Below are positions 51,450 through 63,729 of a stretch of 64,000 nt of DNA, piece by piece (position 1 is the stretch's first letter; each line of letters begins with the position of its first letter). The notes beneath the pieces were generated by a model. The model ran no database searches. It had not been told where the DNA came from and saw nothing but the letters and a program-made list of their open reading frames with translations. The position numbers and the translations under genes are program-made. This DNA is from Chiloscyllium plagiosum (taxonomy: Eukaryota): assembly GCF_004010195.1 (NCBI RefSeq), contig NC_057718.1, forward strand, positions 37,747,592-37,811,591. Reading direction: 5' to 3'.

Positions 51450-52200
51450 ATTGCTGAAGCATTTTTAACCACCTTCAACCAGAAATAATGATTGTACAAT
51501 CTATCTCAGCCTCCTCCTGAGGTCCCCAGTGTCCTAGATGTCAGTCTTCAGTCATTCTCTTTACCCAACATGACATCACAAAATAGATGAAGGCACTGGC
51601 TATGAGGCCTGTCAACATTGTGACAGTAGTACTGAGATATCTGCTCTAGGATGTTGTTTTCACCTAACTAAGCTGTTCCAGCACAGCTACAATGCTAGTC
51701 GTTTGTCTAACAAGTGGAAAATTGCTCAAATATGTTCGGCCACAATATCAGGACAACGCCAACCTGGCCCATTATCACCCTGTCAGTCTACTACAAATAA
51801 TCAGCAATGTCATGGGAGGGGTTGTCAAGAGTACTATGAAGTGCCACATGCACAACAATACCTGCTCAATTTAGATTCCACCTGGGTCACTCAGCTCCTG
51901 GCCACATAACATACAGTCTTGGTCCACATTTAGGCCAAATGAACTGAATTCCAGAGGTCTGACTGGCCGCTTGGCCGAGGGTGGTGTCAAGGAGACCTGG
52001 CAAAATCAAAGCCAGTGGGAGACAGGGAGAAGCACTCCACTGATTGGAATCTTTGCTGGCACAAAGGAAGATGGTTGCACTTATCAGCGCTCAAAATCAG
52101 TCCCAGGACAATATTGCAGAAGCTCCTTAGGATAATATCTTAGCTTCATCCATCTTGACTGCTCATTAATGTTCTTCCCTCCCTCATAACATCGGAATTG
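51450..52200 (+). mobile_element. L2/CR1-group LINE RT region (second half of the element at 46085-46900)
   Basis: Degenerate RT blocks aagtggaaaattgctcaaatatg...ccattatcaccctgtcagtctact...gtggtgtcaaggag...ccttaggataatatcttag. Confidence 0.7.
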
Positions 52201-54059
52201 TTGAACATATTAGTAACATATTTCTGGAAAAGAACCACAACCATTAGACATCAGTTTGATTTCCATCTGACATTAATAGCCTGTACATGGGAATCCTCGT
52301 TATCCAATATGATTTTTATAAATGTTAGGAAGAGACAAATGTTGATCCATTAGTGTTAAATTTATCAACAAGAGCAAAAGTAATTAAATGTGAATGAGCA
52401 GGAGGCTTTCAAAAATATAAAAATCCAGTGGACGGATGACTGATTGCATTGTGAAAACATCCGTGTCACAGATAGGAATAAAATAATTTTCAAGAAAGAT
52501 ACAAAGTGAATTGACTGACTCATAAAAAGAATTATTACAATCTAGCAGGCAGTGTTAATTATATTTTTTAAAAAGCAAGTTAGAAATAGTGACAAAACAA
52601 CTGAGAAAAAGTAAATTGATTAAATAATAAAAAGTATTATTATATTACATTTTGAATTTGCAGTAAATAGACCATTCAGTTCAATTGTTCAATAGTACTT
52701 ATGCTCCATACGACCTTCCTCTTACCCTCCATTATCAAACCCTATCAGGATGTCCTCCTAATCGCTTCTCCCTTATGTACTTATTTAGTTTCTCTGGAGA
52801 TACATTTATGTGATTGTCCTCATGTATTCCACATGGTAGGAAGTTCTATTTTCTAACCATCATTAGGGTAAGTTTTTCCTGAATTTCTTACTGTATTTCT
52901 GAACATCCAGTCTTGAATTCTTCAACATCTTTTCAATATCTACATTATTACATTGTTTCACTGGCATGTAGGTGTAGTGTAAATAAAGACTAACTATGGT
53001 ATGTTAACACTGCTATCTTCTGCTTCTGAATCTTAATCGATATATTAAAATCTGAACTGTAAGTATTTGGTTTTCCCTTCCTTTGGCCTATACCCTGTAC
53101 TGGTTCCTCTATTAAGCATAACATTATAGTTTTAAGAAGTCTGCAGTGATAAGTACTAGAATTAATCAAAGAGATTATATTGTAAATTCCTTGTTGATAC
53201 TAGTTTAAGACTTGTGCTGCATGTTACTGTAAAACTACACAAGTTCAGAACGAGTGGATCATTAATCTTGAAGTATCCCTTTGGCTATTATTGCAGGTCT
53301 TTAAGTGAAATTGATGTAACAATATAAATGCAGTATTTATTCACAGCATTGATGAACAGGTCTTTTAATATTTGTCAATAAATATCTTACTTAATTCTAC
53401 TCTGAGGAAAACATTACAATCTTTGTTTTTATGCTGACAGCTGTCTGAAATACTCAAAGTTATTATTAGAATATTTAAGTAATAACACGTTAATTTTCAT
53501 ATCATGCAGCATAAAATAGAATAAAGAATTAAACTCCTGCTAAAGCTAATTGTGGTATTAAATACTCAAAAGATGAAAGGTACATCTAATCAGATTACTT
53601 ACCCTATGTCCAATGACTCTGACAGATAGTGCAAGGATAGAACTATTAAAGGAAAGCCAGTTATTGTTTCCAAATAACAATGAATAGACCTGCATTTGGG
53701 AAAAGAACCAATCTCCAACTCTGATTTAATCTAATTAAACGTGATACTTCATGGTTGGCATTTATTTTATACATCTATGGGGTAAATCTTAATTTTAAGT
53801 AAAATGTGTAATACATTTGCAGTTCAATTTTACACAATTGCGTCGAGTCAAGATATGTCCTCACGCCAAGGTCAAATGAAAACTTCAAGTTCAAGACTGA
53901 TAGATTCATGTTTGGCTAAAATATTAAGCCTTAATAAATAGGGATTGTAGAACCAAAGCAGGGAAATGAAATTAAAGATACAAATCAGCCATGATTTAAT
54001 AGTTCAATAGGTTTGAGGGGCTGAATGGTCTTCTCTTGTCTCTATTTTTACTGGAACTT

Positions 54060-54680
54060 GCTTTTATTATTCATTCATGGAATGTGAACATCACTGGCCA
54101 GACCAGCTTTTACTATCCATCCCTAATTGGTGCTGAGCTGCCTTCTCGATTCAATGCAGGCCGTGGGCTGTCAGGACACCCACACTCCTTAATGAGGGAG
54201 TTCCACAATGTTGACCGTGCAACAGTGAATGATGATATATAGCGAGGATAGTATGTGGCAAGGAGAGGAACAGCCCATGATGTTGTTCCCATGTATCTGC
54301 TACCCTTGTCCTTGTAGTTGCTAGAGGTCATGAGCATAAAATGTACTGTTGGAGGAACCTTACTGCTGTAAATAGTGTAGATGGTACACATAGCCATGTG
54401 CATTAGTAATGAAGGATTGAATATTGAAAGTGGTGGAGAGTGCCAATCAAGGTGACTTTGAGTTGAATTGTGTTGAGCTTTTCAAGTGTTTTTGGAGCCA
54501 CACCCATCCAGGCCAGTTGAGAATATTCCGTCACACTTGCACCTTGTGCATTGGAGATGGTAAAGACATTGAGACACAAGCCAATTTACTTTCTGCAGAA
54601 TTCCTAGCCTCTGACCTGCTTTTGTAGCCACAGTATTTATATGGATAGTCCAGTTCTATTTCTGGCCAATGGAGTAGTTT
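54060..54680 (-). mobile_element. L2-like LINE 3' end
   Basis: Minus strand SFTVARSTLWNSL (ORF2 C-terminus). Tail ttttattattcattcatggaatgtgaacatcactggccag. Confidence 0.7.
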
Positions 54681-55354
54681 GAATGATAAATATCGGCTAA
54701 AACTACTTTTATTCATAGTATCACAGGAGTTTTGTGTATCTACCTAAAAATAAAATTCCAACTCTTCCAAAAGACATTATACAACAGTGCAATACTCCCC
54801 TCACCTGAGATGCAATGACCCTCAGGTTAAGCCACCTCTCCAATGAGACCACATGATTGTTTAGCACTATGGAAATGTTACTTCATTACTCCTTCATTAC
54901 TTCAGTGCTGCACTGAAGCCTTGGAATCAATGTGGGGCAGAATTTGAACTCATAGCCTTGGAATCAAGAGCCAAGAACATTACTACTGAAACAAATTTGA
55001 CACCATGGTCTGGATTTATAAATGGGTCAGGACAGAAATTAGATGCAAGCAGATTCAAACTACCAACCTCTGTTCTTGCTTCCCACAAACATCCTGATTC
55101 CAAGCAATTTCAATGGGCATGGTTTAAGGCCAAATCGACTGCCCATCACATTCCAGCGGACAGCCAATTAATGTTGATTACAAACCTTAATAAAATCCTG
55201 TTCTTATGGCAATTCAGATTTTTTGCCAGTTATGTGGACAGCCTAAGTCAGGACCAGGTCTAAAGTAGTGGGAAGAAAGTGGAAAGGGAGGAGGGGGAGG
55301 GAAATATTTCATATGAAGGACTCCCATCCTAATTCATAATAAAGGTTAAGCATT

Positions 55355-55592
55355 CAAAGTTTGTGAGAAGATTTGTAGCTCGGGTGCTCGTTGCTGTGGT
55401 TCTGTTCGCCGAGCTGGAAGTTTTTGTTGCAAACGTTTCATCCTCTGTCTAGGTGACATCCTCAGTGCTTGGGAGCCTCCTGTGAAGCGCTTCTGTGGTG
55501 TTTCCTCCGGCATTTATAGTGGCCTGTCCCTGCCGCTTCCGGTTGTCCGGTTTTGCAACAAAATCTTCCAGCTCGGCGAACAGAACCACAGC
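55355..55592 (-). mobile_element. Family-C PLE-type insertion with hammerhead and short inverted terminal copy
   Basis: Minus strand GCA-CUGAGGA-U-GUCACC(UAGACA)GAGGAU-GAAA-CG-UU-UGC at 55429-55468. Inverted copy ttccagctcggcgaacagaaccacagc at about 55566-55592. 14-bp TSD aaaggttaagcatt at 55341-55354 and 55593-55606. Confidence 0.88.
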
Positions 55593-55652
55593 AAAGGTTA
55601 AGCATTTTTGTGCTGCTGGCCATATAATGAAACTGCTGTCTCTCCATGACTG

Positions 55653-55745
55653 GGAGTCAAAAAGTGTGGTGCTGGAAAAGCACTACAGGTCAGGCAGCAT
55701 CCGAGGAGCAGGAGTGTTGGCATTTCGGGCATAAGCCTTTCAGTA
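55653..55745 (-). mobile_element. Family-A short element fragment
   Basis: gagtcaaaaagtgtggtgctggaaaagcac...tttcgggcataagcc, matching 36200-36290 and 1936-2002. Confidence 0.8.
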
Positions 55746-56509
55746 AGAATAGGGAATCAGGAACCTCCAGATTGTGGATGCAGGCATTTTAAAATAAACC
55801 AGTCTCCTTTTTAGACGTACCCTTTGTTGAGGTGCATTTTTGTACTTCCCACCTTGGCTTGTGGACTGGCCAATGTGTAAATGCTGGAGGCATTCCAATT
55901 ACCTTCTAATTTCAGGAGCACATCTGCTTTTCCTAACTGAAAAATGGGCCCACTTCTTGCCATTAATTAGCTTGCAGGCTCTCAAAGTTCTGGGGGGCAT
56001 GTCTGGAATATATTGCACAGGGTCAGGATGCAGAATTGAACTGGCTGGCAGCTTCAGACCCAGAAGTAAAAATCCTGGCACAGAATAAACTTAATTCTGT
56101 TATTTATAAAGCAACACAATTCCTGCTCCTTTAAGCTGCTGTAGACGTTTTGAATTCTACAATGTCACATAAGCCCTTCTCCCTGGAGGTCGCCCATATT
56201 TTGGATAAATATACTTAGCATTGACACTAGCGTCAGCTCTTGCCTTATTGAGAAAGCAAAAATCCCACAACCATGGTCAATACCCAAGTGGAAAATCAGC
56301 TATGAATTTTTTTTATATACTGGTTTTATATCTCTTCCCCACTACTGAGCAGTTATACCTTCACTATACCCTCACTTTTTTTTTTACATTTTTTATATAG
56401 TGTGTAGATGGTAGACAGCATAATCATTTTAAAGTCTATTATAGCAACTCGAATCGCAGTATCTTAAGTATTTTTCAGAATGTATACTTTATTTGTTAAT
56501 TGTGCTTAT

Positions 56510-56950
56510 TAAGAATGTAAGAAACAGAAGTAGTAGACCACACACCCTTGCAGCCTGTTCTGCCATTAAATATGATTGTGGCTAATCATGTCTCCAACTC
56601 CACTTTGCCACCTACTACTTCCTGGAGGAACTAAAATATATCTATCTCAGCTTTCAATATACTCAACCAATGAGCAACCTTAACCCTTCAATATAAAGAA
56701 TTCCAAAGATTCACAACTCTCTGAGTGAAAACATGTCTACTTATCTCTGGACAAAACGATTGACTTATATCTTATGGTCCAATGTTCGCGATTCTCCAGT
56801 TAGGGTAAACAACTAAACAGTCCACCTTGTCGAACCCCGTCAGATTCTTACATCTTTCATTTTTTGAAGTTTTCAACATTTTAGGATACTTTACTCAACT
56901 ATCATCTTAGAAATACCGTATCATTCAAGGAACCAAACTAGCTAAGGGTT
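56510..56950 (-). mobile_element. Degraded CR1 3' end
   Basis: aagaatgtaagaaacagaagtagtagacc tail and gaattccaaagattcacaactctctgagtgaa segment. Confidence 0.65.
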
Positions 56951-57689
56951 GTCAATGCTGTCGTATAACTTTTAATTTAACTAGCAAAATATCCTGTCGC
57001 ATTGCTGAATTTGCACTGCTGTTCCATCCCACCATAAATTTGGTTAACATCATTAAACTTTTTACATTAGAACCTCATAATCAGCAGAGAAACCTTATTT
57101 TTGTCAATGTAACATCAAGGTTTTTTAATTAGTGTTCTGATGTGCTATAATGGTGTTTTAAGTTGATTCTAATATAAAATGATTTTCTCTAGTTACAAAC
57201 AAAACAATTTTTCTCCTCTCCTCCTCCAAGGAAGGTGATTCATTCTTCACACATAGCCATAAAGATTGGTGTCTCTCCACTCATTAATTTTTGGACTTAA
57301 CACAAAAAGCGACCATTGAAGGGCTATCATATAGTGAAGTGAACTCCGCTTCTACTAGCCCAACATGTTTCTGCAGTAATCACAAGAAGTGCTCTAGAAA
57401 CTACCTTATTTCATTAATTTTCTTGGCATGGAAGAACTGAACCCAAATGTAATACAGTCAAGAATAATTTCTGATTTGTTTTACATTAAACAAACTTGGG
57501 AATTTCCTGGTCTGTTTGGCTCAGGACCACAAATCAAGAACACAATTTATCTACGAAGCCATTAGGCACCTCAGTTGTAGGTGAATTATTATTATTCAGA
57601 TTCAATTTGCTTTTTCAACACTTCTTACATTAAATTCCAAAAATATTTAACATTTTCAAAGTTCACAATCAATGAAACATGCCTTTTTC

Positions 57690-59249
57690 TTAGTTTATTG
57701 TCTTTAAGGCTGGGGATTCAACTCAAGGACTTTTGTTGCTCTGTGTGCATACAAATTTTTCAATTCATCTAATCTTAAAAAATACATGACAAAAATTAAT
57801 TAGGTTTCATCTTTGGCAGGGCAGCAATTAAATAACTATTCACAAAGCATACTTCCTTTCATAAGAAATAAATCCCACATCTCAAAATATTTTGTGCCAA
57901 TCTTCTGCCATCATTTTAAGAATTCTAAGACTCTTACTGTTACTGTACTATCTAGGTATATCTATCATAGACTCAGTTACTTCTCGTGCAACGAATATCA
58001 AAATAAATAATTACAACACAATATTCAAATAAACTGTAATATTCAGAAATGGTGGCCACTAGCCTGCAGTGCTACAAATTTGAATACAGATAATCTTCAA
58101 TAAATTAAGAGAAGAAAAGATCAACACAAATTGGTTTTGTTGAATTCTTTGGCTCATTTGACAAGTTGATTCAGTGTTTTGTTAGCATCCAACTAAAATA
58201 TTTTTTAATAATTCATTCAGATCATGTTTTACCATGCTTTATATATAGGTACTGAACCAACATAACAAAAATAACTTTGACATTTCCTTTTTTCTTTCTT
58301 TTTTACAAAAAATCTTTATAAATATTTTAAAAATGTGTACAAAGCATTTCTAAGGAGGACCATAGCTGGACACTACACAAATCAGAGAATTTAAAGCAAA
58401 AGGTACTGTACCATTGCGTCCATAAGTGACAGTTTCTTCTTGTGAAGTCAGTTTGTAAGGCCTCACTGATCTAATGGTGTACTTTGTGCTCCTCACTTAT
58501 GCATGGAAGCTTGCTGTTGCATGTGCAAGACAAAAATAATAAGTCTGCAAACTGGGAATGCAATTGGCATCTCTTAAATCTAGAATCCAAAGGATCACAA
58601 TATGGACATCCACACTGCACTTTGTACTTAGGTCTTTTAAGACCTAAGGCAGCCTTCCTTTAAAAAAAATCACACTTAGTGGTATTAAAAATGGAAAATG
58701 AATGACGAAGTGGGTTTTCACTTCAAAATCAACAGTTCCAGTTTTAAATTTTGATTTAAATGGGAATGTTGCTCATCAACTATTCAAAAATTAACTTATT
58801 GGCACTCGATTCTCAAAACGTCTTACATAAAATGAAAGACAAGAAGAACCAAAAAATAACACTTATACATTAATGTATGAATAAAAACATGAATTACTAC
58901 CACAAACTTAAAAGCACCCTTGAAATTGAAGAGTACATTTTACACGAAATTAGAGCTTTCAAAACAAAACTCAATAAAATTAAATATCTCTTAACAACTT
59001 TAAACAAAAGACTTAATGTGCACCTGGTGCCAACATAATTATTTTCAAAGTACAAACTACAATGGATCTTCCTAAACTCAAACTAATATGCTTCAAAATA
59101 AATCTATTTCCTAGTTTCTACTCCATTTATCCTCTTTCCAGGAACTCTATGTGTCTGTTCTCAATACTGAGTAACATGCTACTTTATCCCTATAAGTTGT
59201 CAACACAGCTGACAATCTTTGTCATTCCTCTTCCTTCATGGTCACATTA
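57690..59249 (-). other. BICRAL: Putative BICRAL 3' UTR (distal end uncertain)
   Basis: AT-rich, repeat-free stretch right after the stop codon. Candidate AATAAA (tttatt on +) at 57694-57699. The real cleavage site cannot be fixed from sequence alone. Confidence 0.45.
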
Positions 59250-60193
59250 TCAACATTCCAAGATGCTATTCACTGCTGCTTCTAAGATGGAGTCTGTTTC
59301 TCTGATGCCCTCATTATGATCTGGGATACATTTGTCTATATAGTTCTCCACAGGAGCTAAGGCTGAAAAATGAGGAGTTTCAGGTGAGTTATTTTTGATG
59401 ACAGTATTGTCAGAAGGTTTCTGAGCTTGTTGTAGATCCAAAATGCTATTAATTGCACTCTCCAAATGTTCATGGAGTGATGTGTCGCATTGTGCTTCTT
59501 TTGCCTCTTTAGTCTGGACACATGTTAAGTCTTGCTGTTGAAAACTTTTAGCATTTCTGTTTTGTGGCTGGTCATGCCAAGGCAACTGTGAGTCACCCTC
59601 ATTATGTTCCAATTTAATGGGATCACTAATCTTATTAATAATAGCATCCGGTGCTTTCTTCATTATACCTTCCAAAGTGACTTTATCACAAGAATTATTA
59701 TGCTTTTCCTCAACATCAGACATACTTTCTTCTCCTTCACATATTTGGATAGCTTCAACAGCAGGTTCACAAACTTTTGTGCTTTGAGTCTGTGCATAAC
59801 CAGATGTGGAACCAATAGTAACTTTCCCATCATGGTTATCTGTGTCTGATCGCCCTTGAGTTTTTGAAGATTTACTTTGCGTTCCAGTTCCATAAGATGT
59901 CTCTGGCTTGATTGTTAGTTTTAGTGCTCTACAGCTGCTATAGGATTTACCAGCACATGGACTGCTAGTTGGAGAGTTTGTAGTTGCTTTGACTTCCCTT
60001 GTCACAGAAACAACTAAATTAATTAATCGTGAGGAGTCATTTTTCTGGTTGATAGTAGCGTTCGCTGGTGAGGACTCGCTGCTACTATTGCCTAAAGATG
60101 TATGTGGCATCATATCTGCAGTTAGTGGTTGTGTTTCAGGTACAGATTTTACAACAACTGTAGAGGAGCAACAGAAGTTTGCCAAATAGCCAT
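59250..60193 (-). CDS. BICRAL: BICRAL (GLTSCR1-like) terminal coding exon
   Basis: Polypyrimidine tract + AG acceptor at 60194-60195. Phase-1 start gives (G)AT GGC TAT TTG = DGYLANFCC..., open to TGA at 59250. C-terminus ETDSILEAAVNSILEC matches the BICRAL C-terminus as I recall it. Confidence 0.93.
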
Positions 60194-61185
60194 CTAAAAG
60201 AAAAAAAAGTAGAACATTACAGTATAAAATTAAATATCCATCAGACTGTAATGAACAACGTTTTCAACTCACAACTATAGTTACAGCTCTTAAGATTAGT
60301 CAATAATAATTTAAAATGTGCATGGCTTCAATTTATAGTAGGCTTTCATCTATTCCTTTGTAATTCCAAAGTCAGAATATCATATCTTTGAAAGTGGTCT
60401 CTTTCATTTTAGACTAAGACAACCCTTAAAAGAAACTTATGTTACAGTGACTATATTCTTCTACAATTGATTGTTTAGCTTGTGTAGCTTTTTAGGTTTT
60501 AAATACTATTCTTGCTGTCACAGCAATCCTCGACATCAAGAACACACTAGCATTCCTAGTGTTCAGCATTTTTAGGCAGGAATAATTTCATGTTTTTACA
60601 TTTTGTCATCTATGTTTAGTACATCTATGTTCACCAATGCTAGTATGCTCATACATGTCCTATCACTCATGGTAAGAAATCTAGAAGTGGTAGACAGAGA
60701 CAGCAGACCAATTTACTACCCTGGTCTTCTGAAATATGATCAACTTTATAACTGAGCTAATCTGTGCACTGAATTTGCATTTCTTTTAATAAATGAAACA
60801 CACCATGATAATAAATACACAAAGCACGTTAACTAGGATGATTACAAAAAAAAATGCTATTCTGTTTGTGAAATCATTTTAATCACATCTCTATTGCTGG
60901 CTACTAATGTTATTACAATTAGAACAGCATGGCCTGTTTTGTTAAGTATGAGTTCCTTTGTTCCTCAGCCAGCACAGGACCTTCATTATGACTTTCAACC
61001 AGCAAACCTCTGACTGCGGATGAAGAAGAGAGGATGCTTTGCCTCTCTTCAATATTTAAAAAAAATAACATTTTACAAATTGATCACTGCAGCAAGGTTT
61101 TATTTAAAAATAATGACAGATTTGAGTATGTTAAAATACATATTTCAGGTTACTTTACAATAATCAAGACAGCCAAAATACTTAC

Positions 61186-61288
61186 CAGAATCCTCCAAAG
61201 CAAAGCGTTTGTCCTGGATAAGGGCTGCTTTCTCATCCTGATTGAACACTCGGTCAATCATAACCATTTCAGAAGAAGGATTTACCCG
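61186..61288 (-). CDS. BICRAL: BICRAL internal coding exon (GLTSCR1 domain, RVNPSSEMVMIDRVFNQDEKAALIQDKRFALEDS)
   Basis: AG acceptor (ct at 61289-61290) and GTAAGT donor. 103 nt, phase 0 to 1, matching the terminal exon. The peptide resembles the conserved BICRA/BICRAL GLTSCR1-domain end. Confidence 0.93.
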
Positions 61289-61583
61289 CTAAAACCAAAC
61301 AAATAAGGGTTACTATAATTTGTCAAAAATATTGTCACTTCTTCTTTATACATGCATATCAAAAGGTAAGCCTTCTGTATGAATGCATTTATCTCAATGT
61401 TAATCACAATGCAATTTACATTTACAATCTATTATCGGCAACATTCAATAATTTACAGGTGGTTTGTACATATTTCAACATTCAAAATTCTTAAATATAT
61501 TTTTTTCTGCTGTGATTTTCCAATTAGGATTAAATGGAATGTTAATTGCTCACTAAATGCTTTCATGTTACAGTACAACTTAC

Positions 61584-61678
61584 CATTGCATCTTCAAATA
61601 ACAGACTTCTATACTTGCTGAGCATCATCTGAGTACGTTTCAGCAACTGCACTGAGACATCTTCAAATTCATTATCCA
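61584..61678 (-). CDS. BICRAL: BICRAL internal coding exon (VDNEFEDVSVQLLKRTQMMLSKYRSLLFEDAM)
   Basis: AG acceptor at 61679-61680 and GTAAGT donor at 61583-61578. 95 nt, phase 1 to 0. The LLKRTQxMLxKYRxLLxED motif is typical of the GLTSCR1 domain. Upstream exons lie beyond the window. Confidence 0.93.
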
Positions 61679-62464
61679 CTAGTTTAAGAAAAAGATTAAA
61701 ATTAGCGTTCTATGCCAATGTCAATGTTTATTACAGTTTGTAAATAAAATATTGATTGTCTTCAAAAATATGGCAAGAAGAGATCCTCACATGCTGGCTT
61801 TACTTTAGTGTAGCAAAGATCTGCAATACCAGATCAACCTGATACATATCATCAATGGGAAATCAATCCTACTCTCCTTTATATATTGCAGAGAAATTCT
61901 GCAGTATCACTGGTTGATGGGAGATAACTGGAAAAGGAGACACACAGTACTTTACATCACTACTATCGCGGACAGAACATTAAAAACATTTTATGTTGAT
62001 CTGCTTTGTCACTTGTCCACATCATTAAAAATGACCATTTCAGTGTGAGTGAACTATCTAATGTTAATAGATAGATCTCCATAAAATAAATAAGACAATA
62101 GTGACCATCTATCACATTTCAACAATGTTTGATCATTTTTCCAAATAAAGGATTTGAATTTTTTTTTTAAACTTGTTATGATTTGTTTTAAAGCATCGTG
62201 AATTTACACAAGCTTTATGCTAAAGTCTGCAACATCTCAAGTTTAAGACTATACTGTCATGGGAGGAACTATGCATAAATATGACAAAAATACTTTCACT
62301 GAACTAAACTGGCTCCCAGAGCAATAAATTCAAAGGAAACATAGATAGTAAGTACTAATTAAATTCCAGATAAGGTGCCTGAACCAGAGTGCTGCAGAGA
62401 ATAAGTGATAGTCAATCACCAATACTTATAATAATGCTAAATTTGAACTCAAGTTCAAACTTAG

Positions 62465-62795
62465 GGGGCACAGTGGCTCAGCAGTTAGCGCTACTGCCTC
62501 ACAGCGCCAGGGACTCAGGTTTGATTCCAGCCTCAGGCGACTGTGTGTGTGGAATTGGTGCATTCTCCCCGTGTCTGCATGGGTTTCCTCCTATAGTCCA
62601 AAGATGTACAGGTTAGGTGAATTGGCTGTACTAAATTGCCCATAGTGTTCACGGATGTGTAGGTTGGGTGCATTAGTCAGGGGTAAATATAGGGTAGGGG
62701 GAATGGGTCTGGGTGGGTTACTCTTTGGAGGGTCAGTGTGAATTTGTTGGGCCAAAGGGCCTGTTTCCACACTGTAGGGATTCTATTCTATTCTA
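62465..62795 (+). mobile_element. HE1-type tRNA SINE in BICRAL intron
   Basis: tRNA head ggcacagtggctcagcagttagcgctactgcc...ggtttgattcc, HE1 body and (attct)n tail. Confidence 0.92.
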
Positions 62796-63729
62796 AGTAT
62801 CACTGCCAATTTAGGCTAGTCGATTTTTCTCTGTGATGGGATTGGAGAGTGAGGGAGCGATAAGAACTGATATTGAATTTAATGTTGTTTTAAAAACAGA
62901 ACTATGAAAACTACAGGCAATCAGGCAACAAAGAATTGCATGAAGAATAGAATTCAAGAGGAGTTCTAATTTATTTTTAAATTCAAGCATGGTTAGAAGT
63001 GGGTTGGTACGCTATATTCATTGCAAATAATATAGAGACAAAAACAAATCGAATTGATGGAAATAATTAAAGCAATCAGAACTGTTATTTATGTTCAACT
63101 GATAGAAAATAAAGCAGCTTAACAACTTATATTAAGTTTCTTTTCACTAACTGTCCAGTCAGCCTTCAGAGGGGTATGGGTGTGAGACACAAGAATATCT
63201 AGTTCAAATCACATCTTACTAAAGTCAAGCAAACTGACTCACTGTTTGGGAGAATTGCAGCATATTCTTTAGTTTAGTATTATTAAGCACAGTTAAATTG
63301 CATTGGCCGAATTCACTGTTTCCAATCTGTGTGTTCACTTAATGTGAACTAATGTAGATTAAATGATTTGTATCAAACTTCACCTCATTCAGTTGGTTAG
63401 ATCTGCCTTCAGGGAACTAAGTGCACATGCTGAAGTCATAAATACACAGTTCAGAATCATACAAAAAAATCAAAAATGTAACCAGCTCTACTTTCCCATA
63501 GTCTGGGATAGCACAAGGTAAATCCCTACAAATAAGATCTCAGAGTGTCACTGAACTTGATAAGGTGTCCAAAACAAACTTGAATTTGAAACACTGATGC
63601 TAAGATTTATTTAAAGTAATGGGAAGTATTATTTTTCTCCGAACTGTTGACTGCCTTAATTCAACCAATTTGATCTCATACTGGTACTGCTTGTTAGAGA
63701 AGAGTTCTCAATCTGCAGATTCTAGATAA

